A DNA stretch of 64,000 bases. Origin: Actinomycetes bacterium (GTDB taxonomy: Bacteria; Actinomycetota; Actinomycetes; JBBQFP01). The translations under genes were made by a program, and so were the position numbers. Within the stretch, counting starts at the first letter, position 1. Each line of letters opens with the position of its first letter. Shown piece after piece: positions 22,613 to 34,165 of the stretch. Under the pieces are notes generated by a model. The model was not told the DNA's origin. It worked only from the letters and a program-made list of their open reading frames with translations, and made no database searches. The stretch lies in the NCBI GenBank assembly GCA_038322045.1, contig JBBQFP010000010.1, forward strand, positions 6,506 to 70,505. Direction: 5' to 3'.

Positions 22613-23710
22613 TCAGGTGTCCGCGGCGATGACGAGGACGGGCGCCGGGGCCAGGGTGACCCTCGCCCGGGTGCCCACGGGCAGCTGCGGGGCCGCGGCC
22701 GAGGGCACCTGCGCCCGAAGCCGGACCCCGTCGGGCAGCCGGAGAGTCACGTGCGCGATGGCGCCGAGGAACGACGTCGCCTCGACGGCGGCCTCACCGA
22801 GCGCGTCGGGGGTGACGGTGACGGACTCGGGTCGGACGAGCGCCGTCCCTGCTCCGCGGGTGACGCTGCCCGCGACGGCAGGGATCGGCGTCCCGAGGAC
22901 CTGGGCCACGCCGGAGTCGACGGTGCACGGCAGCCGGTTCGTCAGTCCGACGAACTCGGCGACGAACGGCGAGGCGGGGCGCGCGTAGAGCGCCGTCGGG
23001 GAGTCGATCTGCTCGAGGCGACCGGCGCGCATGACCCCGACGCGGTCGGCGATGGCCAGCGCCTCCTCCTGGTCGTGGGTGACGAACAGCGTCGTCGTCC
23101 CGACCTCGAGCTGGACCCGGCGGATCTCCTCCCGCAGCTGCGCGCGGACCTTCGCGTCGAGAGCGGAGAGGGGCTCGTCGAGGAGGAGGACCGTCGGCTC
23201 GATGGCGAGCGCGCGGGCGAGGGCGACCCGCTGCTGCTGGCCGCCGGAGAGCTGGGAGGCGTAGCGCCCCGTCTCCGCGGAGAGCCCGACAAGCTCGAGC
23301 ATCTCCGCCGCGCGCGCCCGACGCCGCGCGGCCGGAATCTTGCGCAGCCGCAGGCCGAAGGCGACGTTGTCCAGCGCCGTGAGGTGCGGGAACAGGCTGT
23401 AGGCCTGGAAGACCATCCCCATGTCGCGCTTGTTGGCTGCGATCGAGGTGACATCGACGCCGTCGACCACCACCCGGCCGGAGGTCAGCTCCTCCAGCCC
23501 GGCGAGTGCTCGCAGCGCCGTCGTCTTGCCGCAACCGCTGGGTCCGAGGAGCGCGACGAGCTCGGCTGGCTCGAGGGTGAGGCTCAGGCCGTCGAGGGCG
23601 TGGACCGTGCCGTAGGTGCGCCGGAGGTCCTCGAGGCGCACCTCGACCCCAGCACCCGTCGCGCGCGTCATGGCGGGAACCGCTGCCGACGGCAGGGGGG
23701 CGTGGGACAC
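22613..23710 (-). CDS. ABC transporter ATP-binding subunit (PotA/FbpC-like)
   Basis: GPSGCGKTT, LSGGQQQR, LLLDEP, VTHDQEEA. Confidence 0.93.
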   Translation of the reverse strand: MSHAPLPSAAVPAMTRATGAGVEVRLEDLRRTYGTVHALDGLSLTLEPAELVALLGPSGCGKTTALRALAGLEELTSGRVVVDGVDVTSIAANKRDMGMVFQAYSLFPHLTALDNVAFGLRLRKIPAARRRARAAEMLELVGLSAETGRYASQLSGGQQQRVALARALAIEPTVLLLDEPLSALDAKVRAQLREEIRRVQLEVGTTTLFVTHDQEEALAIADRVGVMRAGRLEQIDSPTALYARPASPFVAEFVGLTNRLPCTVDSGVAQVLGTPIPAVAGSVTRGAGTALVRPESVTVTPDALGEAAVEATSFLGAIAHVTLRLPDGVRLRAQVPSAAAPQLPVGTRARVTLAPAPVLVIAADT

Positions 23711-23711
23711 C

Positions 23712-24521
23712 TCAGGACTCCTCGACGGGACGGGCGCGGGACCGCCGGTGGCGACCGGCGCCGACGAAGGACAGGCCGAGCAGGAGGACGAATGCGAAGA
23801 GCAGCGCGGCCAGCGACACCGCGACGGACAGGAACGCGTCGGCCTTCCCCAGGAGGTTGATCGTCACCTGGAGGTTGGAGAAGCTGAGCAGCGAGGCGAT
23901 GGTGAACTCGCCGAGGACGAGGGCCACCGCGAGGAAGGACGCCGACACCACGGCGCTCCACATGTTGGGCAGCACCACCCGCAGGAGCACCGCCGGCCAG
24001 CCCGCCCCGAGGCCCCGAGCCGCCTCGGAGAGCACCCGGAGGTCAATGCTCGCCAGCCCTGCGTCGAGGGCGCGGTAGGCGTAGGGCAGGACGAGGACGA
24101 CGTAGACGAAGGTCAGCGTGCGCGGTGAGTCGCCGAAGACCCGGGTGACCTGTCGGTAGACCGGCGAGAGGCCGACGACGAGGACGATCGCGGGGATGGT
24201 GAGCGGCAGCAGGCAGAGGGACTCCAGCACGCCGTGCAGCCGCGGGAGCCGCAGCCGCACCCACACCATCGTCGGCAGGAGAAGCACGAGCATGACGGCG
24301 ACCGTGAGCACAGCGAGCTGCAGCGACACCGAGACGGCGGCGGTGAGGTCGGGGTCGTGGAACATGGCGCGCCACGGCTCGAGGGTGCGGCCCTTTCCCC
24401 CGCGGGTGCTGAACTCGGCCATGGCGTAGAGCGGCAGCAGGAAGAACGCACCCAGGACGAGAAGCACCGCCCAGCGAAAGACGCTCGCCCGGCGACGTTG
24501 CGCGCGGGTCAGGACAGCCAT
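23712..24521 (-). CDS. ABC transporter permease
   Basis: About 6 TM helices, EAARGLGA loop; ATG at 24521. Confidence 0.9.
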   Translation of the reverse strand: MAVLTRAQRRRASVFRWAVLLVLGAFFLLPLYAMAEFSTRGGKGRTLEPWRAMFHDPDLTAAVSVSLQLAVLTVAVMLVLLLPTMVWVRLRLPRLHGVLESLCLLPLTIPAIVLVVGLSPVYRQVTRVFGDSPRTLTFVYVVLVLPYAYRALDAGLASIDLRVLSEAARGLGAGWPAVLLRVVLPNMWSAVVSASFLAVALVLGEFTIASLLSFSNLQVTINLLGKADAFLSVAVSLAALLFAFVLLLGLSFVGAGRHRRSRARPVEES

Positions 24522-25465
24522 CGGGCAGTCCTTCGCTGGAGCCGGTTGTAAGCCACCATGACGACGGCTACGACGACGATCATGCCGAGCGCGAGCGCTT
24601 TGCCGACGTTCTCCTGACCGAGCACGACCTCGCTGGTCAGCGCCGAGCGGATCTGCAGCGGGACGATGGGCGCGCCCTGGCTCACCAGGGCGGCGGCCGT
24701 GGCGTAGGCGGAGAACGCGTTCGCGAAGAGCAGGAGGACGCACCCGGTGAAGGCCGGCGCGAGCAACGGTCCGCCGACGTGTCGCCAGTACTGCCAGGTC
24801 GAGCCGCCGAGGCTCACCGTCGCCTCGCGCCACTGCGCACGGACGCCGTCGAGCGCCGGGAGGAAGACGATGACCATGAGCGGGATCTGGAAGTACGTGT
24901 AGACGACGGTGAGCCCCTTGAGCTCGAACAGCCACCCGGGGCTGATCTCGATCCCCAGGTGGTCGCGCAGGACGACCGTGAGGAACCCCTCGAAGCCGAG
25001 GGTCGCGATGAACGCGAAGGCCAGCGTGACCCCGCCGAACTGGGCGAGGACGCCGCAGGCCGCCGTGAAGACGCGACGGAGCAGTCCGTCGGGACGCGAG
25101 GTCGCGATGACGTAGGCGAGCATCGCCCCGAGCACCGCCCCGATGACCGCCGTCGTCGCGGACAGGACGACGCTTCGCCAGAAGGCCTCGAGCACGTAGG
25201 ACTCGCGCAGCGCCCGGATGTTCGCGAGCGTGAACCGCCCCTCGTTGCTGAAGGCGCCCACGACGACGACGACGGTGGGCAGGAGGAGGAACACGCCGAC
25301 ATAGGCGAGGAACGGCAGGAACCCGAGGGTCGCCCACCGGGCACGGTCGCCGACGCCCGGCGTCGTCGCACCACCTGGACGGTGCCACCGCCGCCCTGCG
25401 CTCAGCGGGGCCGTCATGTCCCCCGCGACCGACGCTGCGGTCGCGGGGGCTTCAGCACTGCTCAC
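24509..25465 (-). CDS. ABC transporter permease
   Basis: TM helices, EATVSLGG loop. Confidence 0.9.
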   Translation of the reverse strand: MSSAEAPATAASVAGDMTAPLSAGRRWHRPGGATTPGVGDRARWATLGFLPFLAYVGVFLLLPTVVVVVGAFSNEGRFTLANIRALRESYVLEAFWRSVVLSATTAVIGAVLGAMLAYVIATSRPDGLLRRVFTAACGVLAQFGGVTLAFAFIATLGFEGFLTVVLRDHLGIEISPGWLFELKGLTVVYTYFQIPLMVIVFLPALDGVRAQWREATVSLGGSTWQYWRHVGGPLLAPAFTGCVLLLFANAFSAYATAAALVSQGAPIVPLQIRSALTSEVVLGQENVGKALALGMIVVVAVVMVAYNRLQRRTARWLS

Positions 25466-25466
25466 G

Positions 25467-26657
25467 TCAGCCGATCGTCTTGGCCCAGTTCGACTTCAGG
25501 TACTCCTTGGCCTTGTCAGTCTGCTCGCTCGTGAGGAACACCGGGGTGCCCTCTGACTTGGGCAGAGCGTCGTAGGCGGCCTTGTCGACCGTGCCCGCCG
25601 TGACCATGGCGTCAGCACGCACCGGACGCGCGAACCCCTTGAGCCAGAGGTTCTGGCCCTCGTCGGAGTAGAGGAACTCCTGCCAGAGCCGGGCAGCCGC
25701 TGGGTGCGGGGCGTCCTTGGCGATGGCCTGGAAGTAGTACGAGCCGACGACGCCGCCCGGGACGACGACGGTCTTCCAGTCGACCTTGCTGCCCTTGGCC
25801 TTGAGAGCCGCACCCTGACCGAGGTTGAGGTAGTCCCAGTCGAAGACCACGGGGGTCTGACCGGAGGCGACCGTGGCCGACGTCGGGTCGACGGGGAGGA
25901 AGTTGCCGGCCTTCTTCAGCTTGCCGAAGAACGCGACGCCGGGGGCGACGTCGTCGGCCGAGCCACCGCTGCCGAGCGAGGCGGCGACGACGCCGTTGAA
26001 CGCGGCTCCGGCCTGGGTCGGGTCGCCGTTGAGGGCGACCTTGCCCTTGTACTCCGGCTTGAGGAGGTCCTCGAGAGACGTCGGGGCCGGCACCTTCGCG
26101 GCGTCGTAACCGATGGACATGTAGCCGCCGTAGTCATTGACCCAGAGCCCGGACGCCTCCTTGAGGTTGTCCGGGATGTCCTTCCAGGTGGCGACCTGGT
26201 AGGGCGCGTACATGGCCGTGTTGGCCAGGGCGACGGCGGCACCGAGGTCGAAGACGTCGGGCGCGCGGTCGGTGCCCTTGAGCTGCTTGGCCGCGTTGAT
26301 CTCGTCCTGGCTGGCGGCGTCGGGCTGCGCGGAGACCACCTTGAGGCCGTACTTGGCCTTGAAGGCGTCGATCATGGCGCCGTAGTTGGCCCAGTCCGGC
26401 GGCAGCGCGATGACGTTGAGCGTGCCCTCCTTCTTCGCCGCAGCAGCAAGGGCATCCATCCCCCCAAGGGCCTGCGCGCTCGTCGCTGTCTCCGCGTCAG
26501 CCGCTGCAGGTGCGGAGCCGCTGGCGCTGGTTCCGGTCGTCGTGGCCTTGCCGCTGCTCGAGGAGCCGCAGCCGGTGAGCGCGGTGGCAGCCAGCAGGCC
26601 GGCCACCGCGATCGTGCTGCCGAGTCGTCGTCGGGACCATCGTGCGTCGTTGCGCAT
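25467..26657 (-). CDS. ABC substrate-binding lipoprotein (PotD/AfuA-like; ligand unknown)
   Basis: Signal peptide with LTGC lipobox, AAKKEGTLNVIALPPDWANY, APHPAAARLW; ATG at 26657 after GGAGG. Confidence 0.88.
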   Translation of the reverse strand: MRNDARWSRRRLGSTIAVAGLLAATALTGCGSSSSGKATTTGTSASGSAPAAADAETATSAQALGGMDALAAAAKKEGTLNVIALPPDWANYGAMIDAFKAKYGLKVVSAQPDAASQDEINAAKQLKGTDRAPDVFDLGAAVALANTAMYAPYQVATWKDIPDNLKEASGLWVNDYGGYMSIGYDAAKVPAPTSLEDLLKPEYKGKVALNGDPTQAGAAFNGVVAASLGSGGSADDVAPGVAFFGKLKKAGNFLPVDPTSATVASGQTPVVFDWDYLNLGQGAALKAKGSKVDWKTVVVPGGVVGSYYFQAIAKDAPHPAAARLWQEFLYSDEGQNLWLKGFARPVRADAMVTAGTVDKAAYDALPKSEGTPVFLTSEQTDKAKEYLKSNWAKTIG

Positions 26658-26820
26658 GTCGTCTTCCTCCCATGGAGAGCACGTGAGGCGGCGCGGTGCT
26701 CTCGGGAAACGTAACGCCATGGTCGACATCCGTCACGACCGGAGGGTCAACAGCGCGTGTCTGAGGGGTGTCGTCCCACCCTCGGCCGCTCTCGGCGGCT
26801 CACTGACCCCAGCGTCGGGC

Positions 26821-27837
26821 TTAGGCCGATCGCAGGACGACGACGTCGCACAGGCTCGCCAGCGCCCGTTTGGCCGCGCTCTCAGGCAGCGGCGCCAGGA
26901 CTCCGCGAGCCTCCTCCGCCACCCGGCGCAGCTCGACCCGAGCGTGCTCCATGCCGGGGTGGGCGCGCAGCAGAGCGAGGGCCTCGGCGTGGGCGTCGTC
27001 GTCGTGCGCCAGCTCGGAGTCGAGCAGCGCCACGAGCCGGTCGGACTCCGCGAACGGCCGCACGGCGGCTTCTCGGCGTGCGTAGAGCACAGGCAGGGTC
27101 GCGACGCCCTCGCGGAGGTCGGTCCCGGGGGTCTTGCCGAAGGCGTCGGAGCCGCCCGCGATGTCGAGAAGGTCGTCGGAGAGCTGGAACGCCACCCCGA
27201 TCCGCTCGCCGAAGGCGGTGAGGACCTCGACGGCCTGCTCGTCGGCCCCTGCCATGAGCGCGCCGAACCGGCCCGACGTGGCGATGAGGGACCCCGTCTT
27301 GTCGGCGACGACGGAGAGGTAGTGCTCGACGGGGTCCTCGTCGGCGCCGGGGCCGACGGTCTCGCGGATCTGGCCCGTGCACAACCGCTCGAAGGTGCGC
27401 GCCTGGATGCGCACCGCCTCGGGACCGAGGTCGGCGAGGAGGTCCGAGGCCCGAGCGAAGAGGAAGTCGCCGGTGAGGATGGCGACGGTGTTGTCCCACC
27501 GGGCGTTCGCCGAGGCCGCCCCGCGCCGGATTGCCGCCTCGTCCATGACGTCGTCGTGGTAGAGCGTCGCCAGGTGGGTGAGCTCGCAGACGACGGCAGA
27601 GGTCACTACGCCGGCGGCGTTCGGGTCGCCGAGCTGGGCCGCGAGCAGGACGAGCAGCGGCCGGAACCGCTTGCCTCCGGCGTCGACCAGGTGCCGGGAG
27701 GCCTCGGTGACGAACGGGAAATCGCTCTTGACCGAGTCGTGGAGCATCGCCTCGACGGCCGCCATGCCGGCGCGCAGGTCGGACTCGAGCTCGGGCGAGG
27801 TGTCCCCGAGCCCGAACGGTCGGGCGGCTAGCGGCAC
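26821..27837 (-). CDS. Polyprenyl diphosphate synthase (menaquinone side chain)
   Basis: GGKRFRP, HDDVMD, KTGSL, FQLSDDLLD. Confidence 0.93.
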   Translation of the reverse strand: MPLAARPFGLGDTSPELESDLRAGMAAVEAMLHDSVKSDFPFVTEASRHLVDAGGKRFRPLLVLLAAQLGDPNAAGVVTSAVVCELTHLATLYHDDVMDEAAIRRGAASANARWDNTVAILTGDFLFARASDLLADLGPEAVRIQARTFERLCTGQIRETVGPGADEDPVEHYLSVVADKTGSLIATSGRFGALMAGADEQAVEVLTAFGERIGVAFQLSDDLLDIAGGSDAFGKTPGTDLREGVATLPVLYARREAAVRPFAESDRLVALLDSELAHDDDAHAEALALLRAHPGMEHARVELRRVAEEARGVLAPLPESAAKRALASLCDVVVLRSA

Positions 27838-27904
27838 AGCGGTCTCCGGCTCGTGGTGGCGGCTCAGGTGAAGCGGTCTGCGGTGAAGCGCTGAGGACAG
27901 CCTC

Positions 27905-29461
27905 TCACCTGGCGAAGACCGACGCCTGTGCAGCGAGGTGGAGCACGGGTTGCGGCACGACGCCGAGAACGAGGGTCACGGCGACCCCCAGGGCGAGGGC
28001 GGCGGTCGTGAGGACGCTGGGCATGACCACCGTCGGGCCGTCGGCAGCGGGCTCGGAGAAGAACATGAGGACGATGACGCGAACGTAGAAGAACGCCGCG
28101 ACCGCGCTCGCGAGGACGCCGACGATGACCAGGCCGGTGGCGCCACCCTCGAGCGCTGCCGAGAACACGGCGAACTTGCCCATGAAGCCGCTCGTCAGGG
28201 GGATGCCAGCCAGGGCCAGGAGGAAGAAGGCGAACACGCCCGCCACCAGCGGAGAGCGCTTGCCCAGACCCGCCCACTGCGAGAGGTGCGTGGCCTCCCC
28301 GGCGCTGTCGCGCACGAGGGTCACGACGGCGAAGGCGCCGATGGTCGTGAAGCCGTAGGCGAGGAGGTAGAACAGCGTGCCCTGCACCCCGGCGGCGTTC
28401 GTGGCGACGACGCCGACGAGGATGAAGCCCGCGTGGGCGATGGAGCTGTAGGCGAGCATGCGCTTGACGTCGGTCTGGGTGAGGGCGAACACCGCACCGA
28501 GCACCATGGTGAGGACGGCGATGAGCGAGATCATCGGCCGCCAGTCCCAGCGCATCCCGCCGAAGGCGACGTAGAAGACCCGCAGCATCGCCCCGAACGC
28601 CGCGACCTTGGTGCACGCCGCCATGAACCCGGTCACCGGCGTCGGCGCGCCCTGGTAGACGTCCGGCGTCCAGGCGTGGAACGGCGCGGCACCGATCTTG
28701 AACAGGAGCCCGACCGAGACCATGCCCAGCCCGACGAGCAGGAGGACGTCGTTGCCGGTGTGGCTGCTCACCGCTGTCGCGATCCCCGTGAGGCTCACCG
28801 TGCCGGCGTAGCCGTAGAGCAGCGCGGCGCCGAAGAGGAAGAAGGCCGACGCGAACGCCCCGAGGAGGAAGTACTTGAGCGCCGCCTCCTGCGAGAGCAG
28901 CCGACGTCGCCGAGCGACTCCGGAGAGGAGGTACAGCGGGAGCGAGAGGACCTCGAGGGCGATGAACATCGTCAGCAGGTCGTTGGCCGCCGGGAACAGG
29001 AGCATTCCCCCTACGGCGAACATCGTCAGCGGGTAGACCTCCGTGGCGACGAGCCCCGCCGCCTCGGCCTCGCGCTCGCCGGGGCTTCCAGGGACCGACG
29101 ACGGCGCAGCGGCGAAGGCTCCGCCGCCGCCCAGGCCACGCTCGGCCATCATGAGCACGCCACCGACGGCGAGCAGGAGGATGCTGCCCTGGAGGAACAG
29201 CGCCGGTCCGTCGACGGCGACCGCGCCCTCGGCGGCGAGGACCCGCGTATCGGCGACGGCCACGACGGCGGCGAATGCACCCAGCAGACCGATGATCGCG
29301 AGAGCCACCTGAGGCACGTACCGGCGCCCCCGGGGCAGGAACGCCTCGAACAGCACCCCGACGACGGCGACGCCGAAGACGATGAGCATCGGCAGCAGTT
29401 TGCCGTACTCGACGTGCGGCGCTCGGAACGAGTCGAGCGTCGCGGTCGCGAGCGCGTTCAC
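27905..29461 (-). CDS. nuoN: NADH-quinone oxidoreductase subunit N
   Basis: EAALKYFLLG, FKIGAAPFHAWTPDVYQGAP, KRMLAYSSIAHAG. Confidence 0.96.
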   Translation of the reverse strand: MNALATATLDSFRAPHVEYGKLLPMLIVFGVAVVGVLFEAFLPRGRRYVPQVALAIIGLLGAFAAVVAVADTRVLAAEGAVAVDGPALFLQGSILLLAVGGVLMMAERGLGGGGAFAAAPSSVPGSPGEREAEAAGLVATEVYPLTMFAVGGMLLFPAANDLLTMFIALEVLSLPLYLLSGVARRRRLLSQEAALKYFLLGAFASAFFLFGAALLYGYAGTVSLTGIATAVSSHTGNDVLLLVGLGMVSVGLLFKIGAAPFHAWTPDVYQGAPTPVTGFMAACTKVAAFGAMLRVFYVAFGGMRWDWRPMISLIAVLTMVLGAVFALTQTDVKRMLAYSSIAHAGFILVGVVATNAAGVQGTLFYLLAYGFTTIGAFAVVTLVRDSAGEATHLSQWAGLGKRSPLVAGVFAFFLLALAGIPLTSGFMGKFAVFSAALEGGATGLVIVGVLASAVAAFFYVRVIVLMFFSEPAADGPTVVMPSVLTTAALALGVAVTLVLGVVPQPVLHLAAQASVFAR

Positions 29462-31011
29462 TGCGCGGTCCCTTCGGTGGTGACTAGGGCGGCCTCTGGC
29501 ACGGAGACCTTGGGGGCCGGGTCGGTACGGTCGACGCTCTTCATCGTCGTGGCGACCGCCGGGTTGATGACGTCGAGCAGCGGCTTCGGGAAGAAGCCCA
29601 GGGCCACGATGATCGCCAGCAGTGGTGCCACGACCCAGGCCTCACGCCGGGTCATGTCGGCGGTGCCCGCGGCGGACTCCGGCACGGGGCCGGTCATCAT
29701 CCGCTGGATCATGATGAGGATGTAGAGGGCCGCGAGGACGATCCCCAGGGTCGCGACGACCCCGGCCGCCGGGTACCGGCGGAAGGTGCCCACGAGGACG
29801 AGGAACTCGCTGACGAAGGCCGACAGCCCTGGCAGGGCGAGGCTCGACAGGCCGGCGACGAGGAAGGACCCGGCGATGAGCGGGGTGACCCGCTGCCAGC
29901 CGCCGTAGTCGGCGATCGAGCGCGAGCGCCGACGCCGCACGAGCAGCCCGGCGATGAGGAACAGCGCGGCGGTGCTGAAGCCGTGGTTGACCATGTACAG
30001 CGTCGACCCGGCCTGGCCCTGGCTCGTCATGGCGAAGATGCCCAGGGTGATGAAGCCGAAGTGCGACACCGATGTGTAGGCGATGAGCCGCATGATGTCG
30101 GTCTGGCCGATGGCCAACAGCGCCCCGTAGACGATGCCGATGAGGCTCATCACGATGATCATCGGCGTGAACCAGTGCGAGGCGTCCGGGAACAGCGGCA
30201 GGCAGAGCCGGATCATCCCGAACGTGCCCACCTTGTCGAGCACGCCGACGAGCAGGACGGCGCTGCCCGGGGTGGACTCCGCAGCGGCGTCCGGCAGCCA
30301 CGTGTGGAACGGGAAGAGCGGGGCCTTGATGGCGAAGGCGATGAAGAACCCGAGGAACAGCCAGCGCTGGGTCACCGGGTCGATGTCGAGCGAAGCGAGC
30401 TGGGTGATCGAGAACGTCCCTGCGCCGAGCTGACGGCCCGAGATGACGTAGAGCCCGATGACCGAGGCCAGCATGAGCAGGCCGCCGAAGAGGCTGTAGA
30501 GGAGGAACTTCACCGCGGCGTACGAGCGCTGCGCCCCTCCGAAGCGACCGATGATGAAGTACATCGGGATGAGCATCGCCTCGAAGAAGACGTAGAAGAG
30601 GAAGACGTCGGTCGCCGCGAAGACCCCGATCATGAACGCCTCGAGGCTGAGCAGCAGCGCGTAGTAGCCCTTCGCGCTGCGACCGGTGCCGTCGGTGTCG
30701 TGCCAGGCCGCGAGCAGGACGACGGGCGTGAGCACCGCAGAGAGCGCGACGAGCACGAGCGCGATGCCGTCGACGCCGAGCGCGTACTGCACCCCGAACG
30801 CCGGGATCCAGTCGTGGGCCTCGGTGAACTGCATGCCGCCGCCGGGCTCGAACGCCGCAGCCATGGCGATGGTGAGGCCGAGCGCGACGAGGGAGAACAC
30901 GAGGGCCACCTGCTTGGCGAGCAGGTCACGTCCCTTGGGCAGCGCAGCCACGACGAGCGCCCCGACCAGGGGGACCGCCCCGATGACGGTCAGCCACGGA
31001 AAGTCGCTCAC
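29458..31011 (-). CDS. nuoM: NADH-quinone oxidoreductase subunit M
   Basis: FYVFFEAMLIPMY, KAPLFPFHTWLPDA, IAYTSVSHFG. Confidence 0.96.
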   Translation of the reverse strand: MSDFPWLTVIGAVPLVGALVVAALPKGRDLLAKQVALVFSLVALGLTIAMAAAFEPGGGMQFTEAHDWIPAFGVQYALGVDGIALVLVALSAVLTPVVLLAAWHDTDGTGRSAKGYYALLLSLEAFMIGVFAATDVFLFYVFFEAMLIPMYFIIGRFGGAQRSYAAVKFLLYSLFGGLLMLASVIGLYVISGRQLGAGTFSITQLASLDIDPVTQRWLFLGFFIAFAIKAPLFPFHTWLPDAAAESTPGSAVLLVGVLDKVGTFGMIRLCLPLFPDASHWFTPMIIVMSLIGIVYGALLAIGQTDIMRLIAYTSVSHFGFITLGIFAMTSQGQAGSTLYMVNHGFSTAALFLIAGLLVRRRRSRSIADYGGWQRVTPLIAGSFLVAGLSSLALPGLSAFVSEFLVLVGTFRRYPAAGVVATLGIVLAALYILIMIQRMMTGPVPESAAGTADMTRREAWVVAPLLAIIVALGFFPKPLLDVINPAVATTMKSVDRTDPAPKVSVPEAALVTTEGTAQ

Positions 31012-31012
31012 G

Positions 31013-32980
31013 TCAGATCCTCACCAACAGCATGGCGGCGACCACGACGACCGCGCCTCCCAACATCGACAGCGCGTAGGAGCGCACGAACCCCGTCTGG
31101 AGCCGTCTGGCCCGCGCCGAGAGCCCGCCGAAGAACGCCGCGAGGCCGTTGACGGCGCCGTCGATCCCTCGGTTGTCACCGAAGACGAGCGACCGGGTGA
31201 GGTATTGACCCGGCAGCATGACGACCGCCTCGTTGACCGAGTCCTGGTACAGGTCTCGCCGAGCGGCCCGGGTGAGCAGCGCCCCGGCGGGGGCGACCAC
31301 GGGCACGTCGCGTCGTGCGTACTGGGTGAAGGCCGCCGCCACGCCCCCGAGGACGACGACGAGGCTCAGCGCGGTGGCGACGGCGGGCGAGATCGTGCTG
31401 GCGCCCTCTTCGACCGCTGTCCCGACGACCGGCTCGAGCCAGTTCTGCAGCGCTCCGCCGAGGACGAACAGCCCACCGGCGAAGACCGAGCCGATCGCGA
31501 GCACGACCATGGGCATCGTCATCGACGTGCCCGACTCGTGGGGGTGGACGTCCTCGGTCCAGCGCCGGGGACCGAAGAACGTCATGACCATGACCCGGGT
31601 CATGTAGAAGGCGGTGAGCCCGGCGCCGAGGAGGGCGACGAGCCCGACGGTCCAGCCGCTCGCGCCACCGTGGTTGAACGCCGCCTCGATGATCTTGTCC
31701 TTGGTGAAGAAGCCCGAGAACGGAGGAAGGCCGATGATCGCGAGGTAGCCGAGGCCGAAAGTGACGAAGGTGACGGGCATGACCGTGCGCAACCCGCCGA
31801 AGCGGCGCATGTCGGTCTGGTCGTTCATGCCGTGCATGACCGACCCTGCCCCGAGGAACAGCCCGGCCTTGAAGAACCCGTGGGCGAGCAGGTGCATGAT
31901 CGCGATCGCGTACCCAGCCGGACCGAGACCGGCCGCGAGGATCATGTAGCCGATCTGGCTCATCGTCGAGGCCGCCAGGGCCTTCTTGATGTCGTCCTTC
32001 GCGCAGCCGACGATCGCCCCGTAGAGCAAGGTGATGGCCCCGATCGCCATGACGACGGCGCGAGCAGTGGCCGAGGCGTCGAAGACCGGGGCGGAGCGCA
32101 CGATGAGGTAGACGCCGGCGGTGACCATCGTCGCCGCGTGGATGAGCGCCGAGACGGGCGTGGGACCAGCCATGGCGTCACCGAGCCAGGCCTGCAGCGG
32201 CACCTGCGCGGACTTGCCGCACGCTGCCAGCAGGAGCATGAGCCCCATGACCGTCATCGTCGTCGAGGAGGCCTGGGAGGCTCCCTGCGCGACCCCCGCG
32301 AAGCTGAACGTGCCGAACGTCGAGAACATGAGGACGATGGCGATGGACAGGCCGACGTCACCGATGCGGTTCATGACGAACGCCTTCTTGGCCGCCGTGG
32401 CGTACTCGGGGCGGTAGTTCCAGAAGCCGATGAGCAGGTAGGACGCCAGGCCGACGCCCTCCCAGCCGAAGTACAGCGTGAGGTAGCTGTTGCCGAGGAC
32501 GAGCAGGAGCATCGCCGCGATGAAGAGGTTGAGGTAGGCGAAGAACCGACGTCGGTCTCGGTCGTGGCTCATGTAGCCGATCGAGTACACATGGATCAGC
32601 GTGCCGACGACGGTGATGAGCAGGACGAAGCAGATCGAGAGCTGGTCGAGCTGCAGTGCGGCGTCGGCCCGGAAGTCGGCCACCGGCACCCAGGAGTACA
32701 GGTGCTGGACGACGGTGCGCGACTCGCCGTCGCGGCCCTGCAGGGCGAAGAACAAGACGATGCCGAGGACGGCCGACAGCGCCGCGGTGAGCGTGCCGAG
32801 CAGATGCCCGATCTTGTCGGTGCGGCGTCCGCCCACGAGGAGCACCGCGGCACCGAGCAGCGGCAGCCCGATGAGCAGCCAGGTCAGCGAGAAGACACCG
32901 CTGGCTGTGCTGGGTGCCACGGTCGAGGCGAGGACGGCGGCGGTCACGCCGGCACCAACGCCCGTCGCGCGGAGATCCAC
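31013..32980 (-). CDS. nuoL: NADH-quinone oxidoreductase subunit L
   Basis: [35 protein letters not shown]. Confidence 0.96.
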   Translation of the reverse strand: MDLRATGVGAGVTAAVLASTVAPSTASGVFSLTWLLIGLPLLGAAVLLVGGRRTDKIGHLLGTLTAALSAVLGIVLFFALQGRDGESRTVVQHLYSWVPVADFRADAALQLDQLSICFVLLITVVGTLIHVYSIGYMSHDRDRRRFFAYLNLFIAAMLLLVLGNSYLTLYFGWEGVGLASYLLIGFWNYRPEYATAAKKAFVMNRIGDVGLSIAIVLMFSTFGTFSFAGVAQGASQASSTTMTVMGLMLLLAACGKSAQVPLQAWLGDAMAGPTPVSALIHAATMVTAGVYLIVRSAPVFDASATARAVVMAIGAITLLYGAIVGCAKDDIKKALAASTMSQIGYMILAAGLGPAGYAIAIMHLLAHGFFKAGLFLGAGSVMHGMNDQTDMRRFGGLRTVMPVTFVTFGLGYLAIIGLPPFSGFFTKDKIIEAAFNHGGASGWTVGLVALLGAGLTAFYMTRVMVMTFFGPRRWTEDVHPHESGTSMTMPMVVLAIGSVFAGGLFVLGGALQNWLEPVVGTAVEEGASTISPAVATALSLVVVLGGVAAAFTQYARRDVPVVAPAGALLTRAARRDLYQDSVNEAVVMLPGQYLTRSLVFGDNRGIDGAVNGLAAFFGGLSARARRLQTGFVRSYALSMLGGAVVVVAAMLLVRI

Positions 32981-33035
32981 CCGGCGCTGGGAGCGACCGG
33001 GGCTGCGGGGTCAGGCACGGCGAACCTCGTCCTCA

Positions 33036-33335
33036 TCAGAACTTCAGCAGGTTGGCGTCGTCGACCGAGGCCGAGCGGCGGGTACGGAAGATCGACACGA
33101 TGATGGCCAGGCCGACGACCACCTCTGCGGCGGCGACGACCATGACGAAGAACGCGATGACCTGGCCGTCGAGCGAGCCGTTGATCCGCGCGAACGTGAC
33201 GAACGCGAGGTTGCAGGCGTTGAGCATGAGCTCGACGCACATGAACATGACGATGGCGTTGCGCCGGACGAGCACCCCGGTCGCCCCGATGGAGAACAGG
33301 ATCGCCGCGAGGTACACGTAGTTGTACGGGTTCAC
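33036..33335 (-). CDS. nuoK: NADH-quinone oxidoreductase subunit K
   Basis: [28 protein letters not shown]. Confidence 0.97.
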   Translation of the reverse strand: MNPYNYVYLAAILFSIGATGVLVRRNAIVMFMCVELMLNACNLAFVTFARINGSLDGQVIAFFVMVVAAAEVVVGLAIIVSIFRTRRSASVDDANLLKF

Positions 33336-34165
33336 GTCGATCCCCCTGCTGTGCTGGCGGGCGCATCGCTGTGCTGGACCGGTTCGAGCGCGGCGGGCTG
33401 TGGGCGCAGCGCCGGGTCGCGCAGCTCGAGGGCCGTCGGGACCGAGTCGAGCAGCGGGCTGCCGTCAGGCAGCAGCGCAGGCGTGTCGACGGCGTTGTGC
33501 CGGGCGTAGACACCCGGGGCCGGCAGCATCGTCGGTCGGTCGGAGCGGAAGCGGCGCTCGGAGAGCTCGCGCTGGGTGAGCCGCGGGGTGAGGAGCTCAC
33601 GGTGTGTGAGGACCATTGCCCCCAGGGCTGCCGTGATGAGCAGCGCGCTCGTGACCTCGAAGGCGAACACGTAGCGGGTGAAGATGAGCTGCGCCAGCCC
33701 CGGGACGTTGCCGCCGGCCGCGTTCGTCGGCTCGACGAGGCCGCGGGCAGGGGCGACGGTCGCCCGCCCCAGGGCTCCGACGAGCAGGACGGCGAAGCCG
33801 ACGCCGAAGAGCACGGCGGTCACGCGCTGACCCTTGATCGTCTCGATGAGGGAGTCCGAGGAGTCCACCCCGACGATCATGAGGACGAAGAGGAAGAGCA
33901 TCATCACCGCGCCGGTGTAGACGACGATCTGCACGATGCCGAGGAACGGCGCATCCTGGGCGATGTAGGCAAATGCCAGGCACATCATCGTCAGGGCGAG
34001 GAGCAGTGCGCTGTGGACCGCCCTGCTCGTGACGAGCATGCCCAGGGAGGCGAGAACGGCGATGGGCGCGATGATCCAGAAGAGGATGGCCTCGCCGGTC
34101 GACGTCGACGCCGGGGGGGCGGCGGCGAGCACCGTCGCGGCCACGGGGGCCAGGCTCGAGATCAC
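33332..34165 (-). CDS. nuoJ: NADH-quinone oxidoreductase subunit J
   Basis: [28 protein letters not shown]; GTG at 34165. Confidence 0.94.
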   Translation of the reverse strand: MISSLAPVAATVLAAAPPASTSTGEAILFWIIAPIAVLASLGMLVTSRAVHSALLLALTMMCLAFAYIAQDAPFLGIVQIVVYTGAVMMLFLFVLMIVGVDSSDSLIETIKGQRVTAVLFGVGFAVLLVGALGRATVAPARGLVEPTNAAGGNVPGLAQLIFTRYVFAFEVTSALLITAALGAMVLTHRELLTPRLTQRELSERRFRSDRPTMLPAPGVYARHNAVDTPALLPDGSPLLDSVPTALELRDPALRPQPAALEPVQHSDAPASTAGGST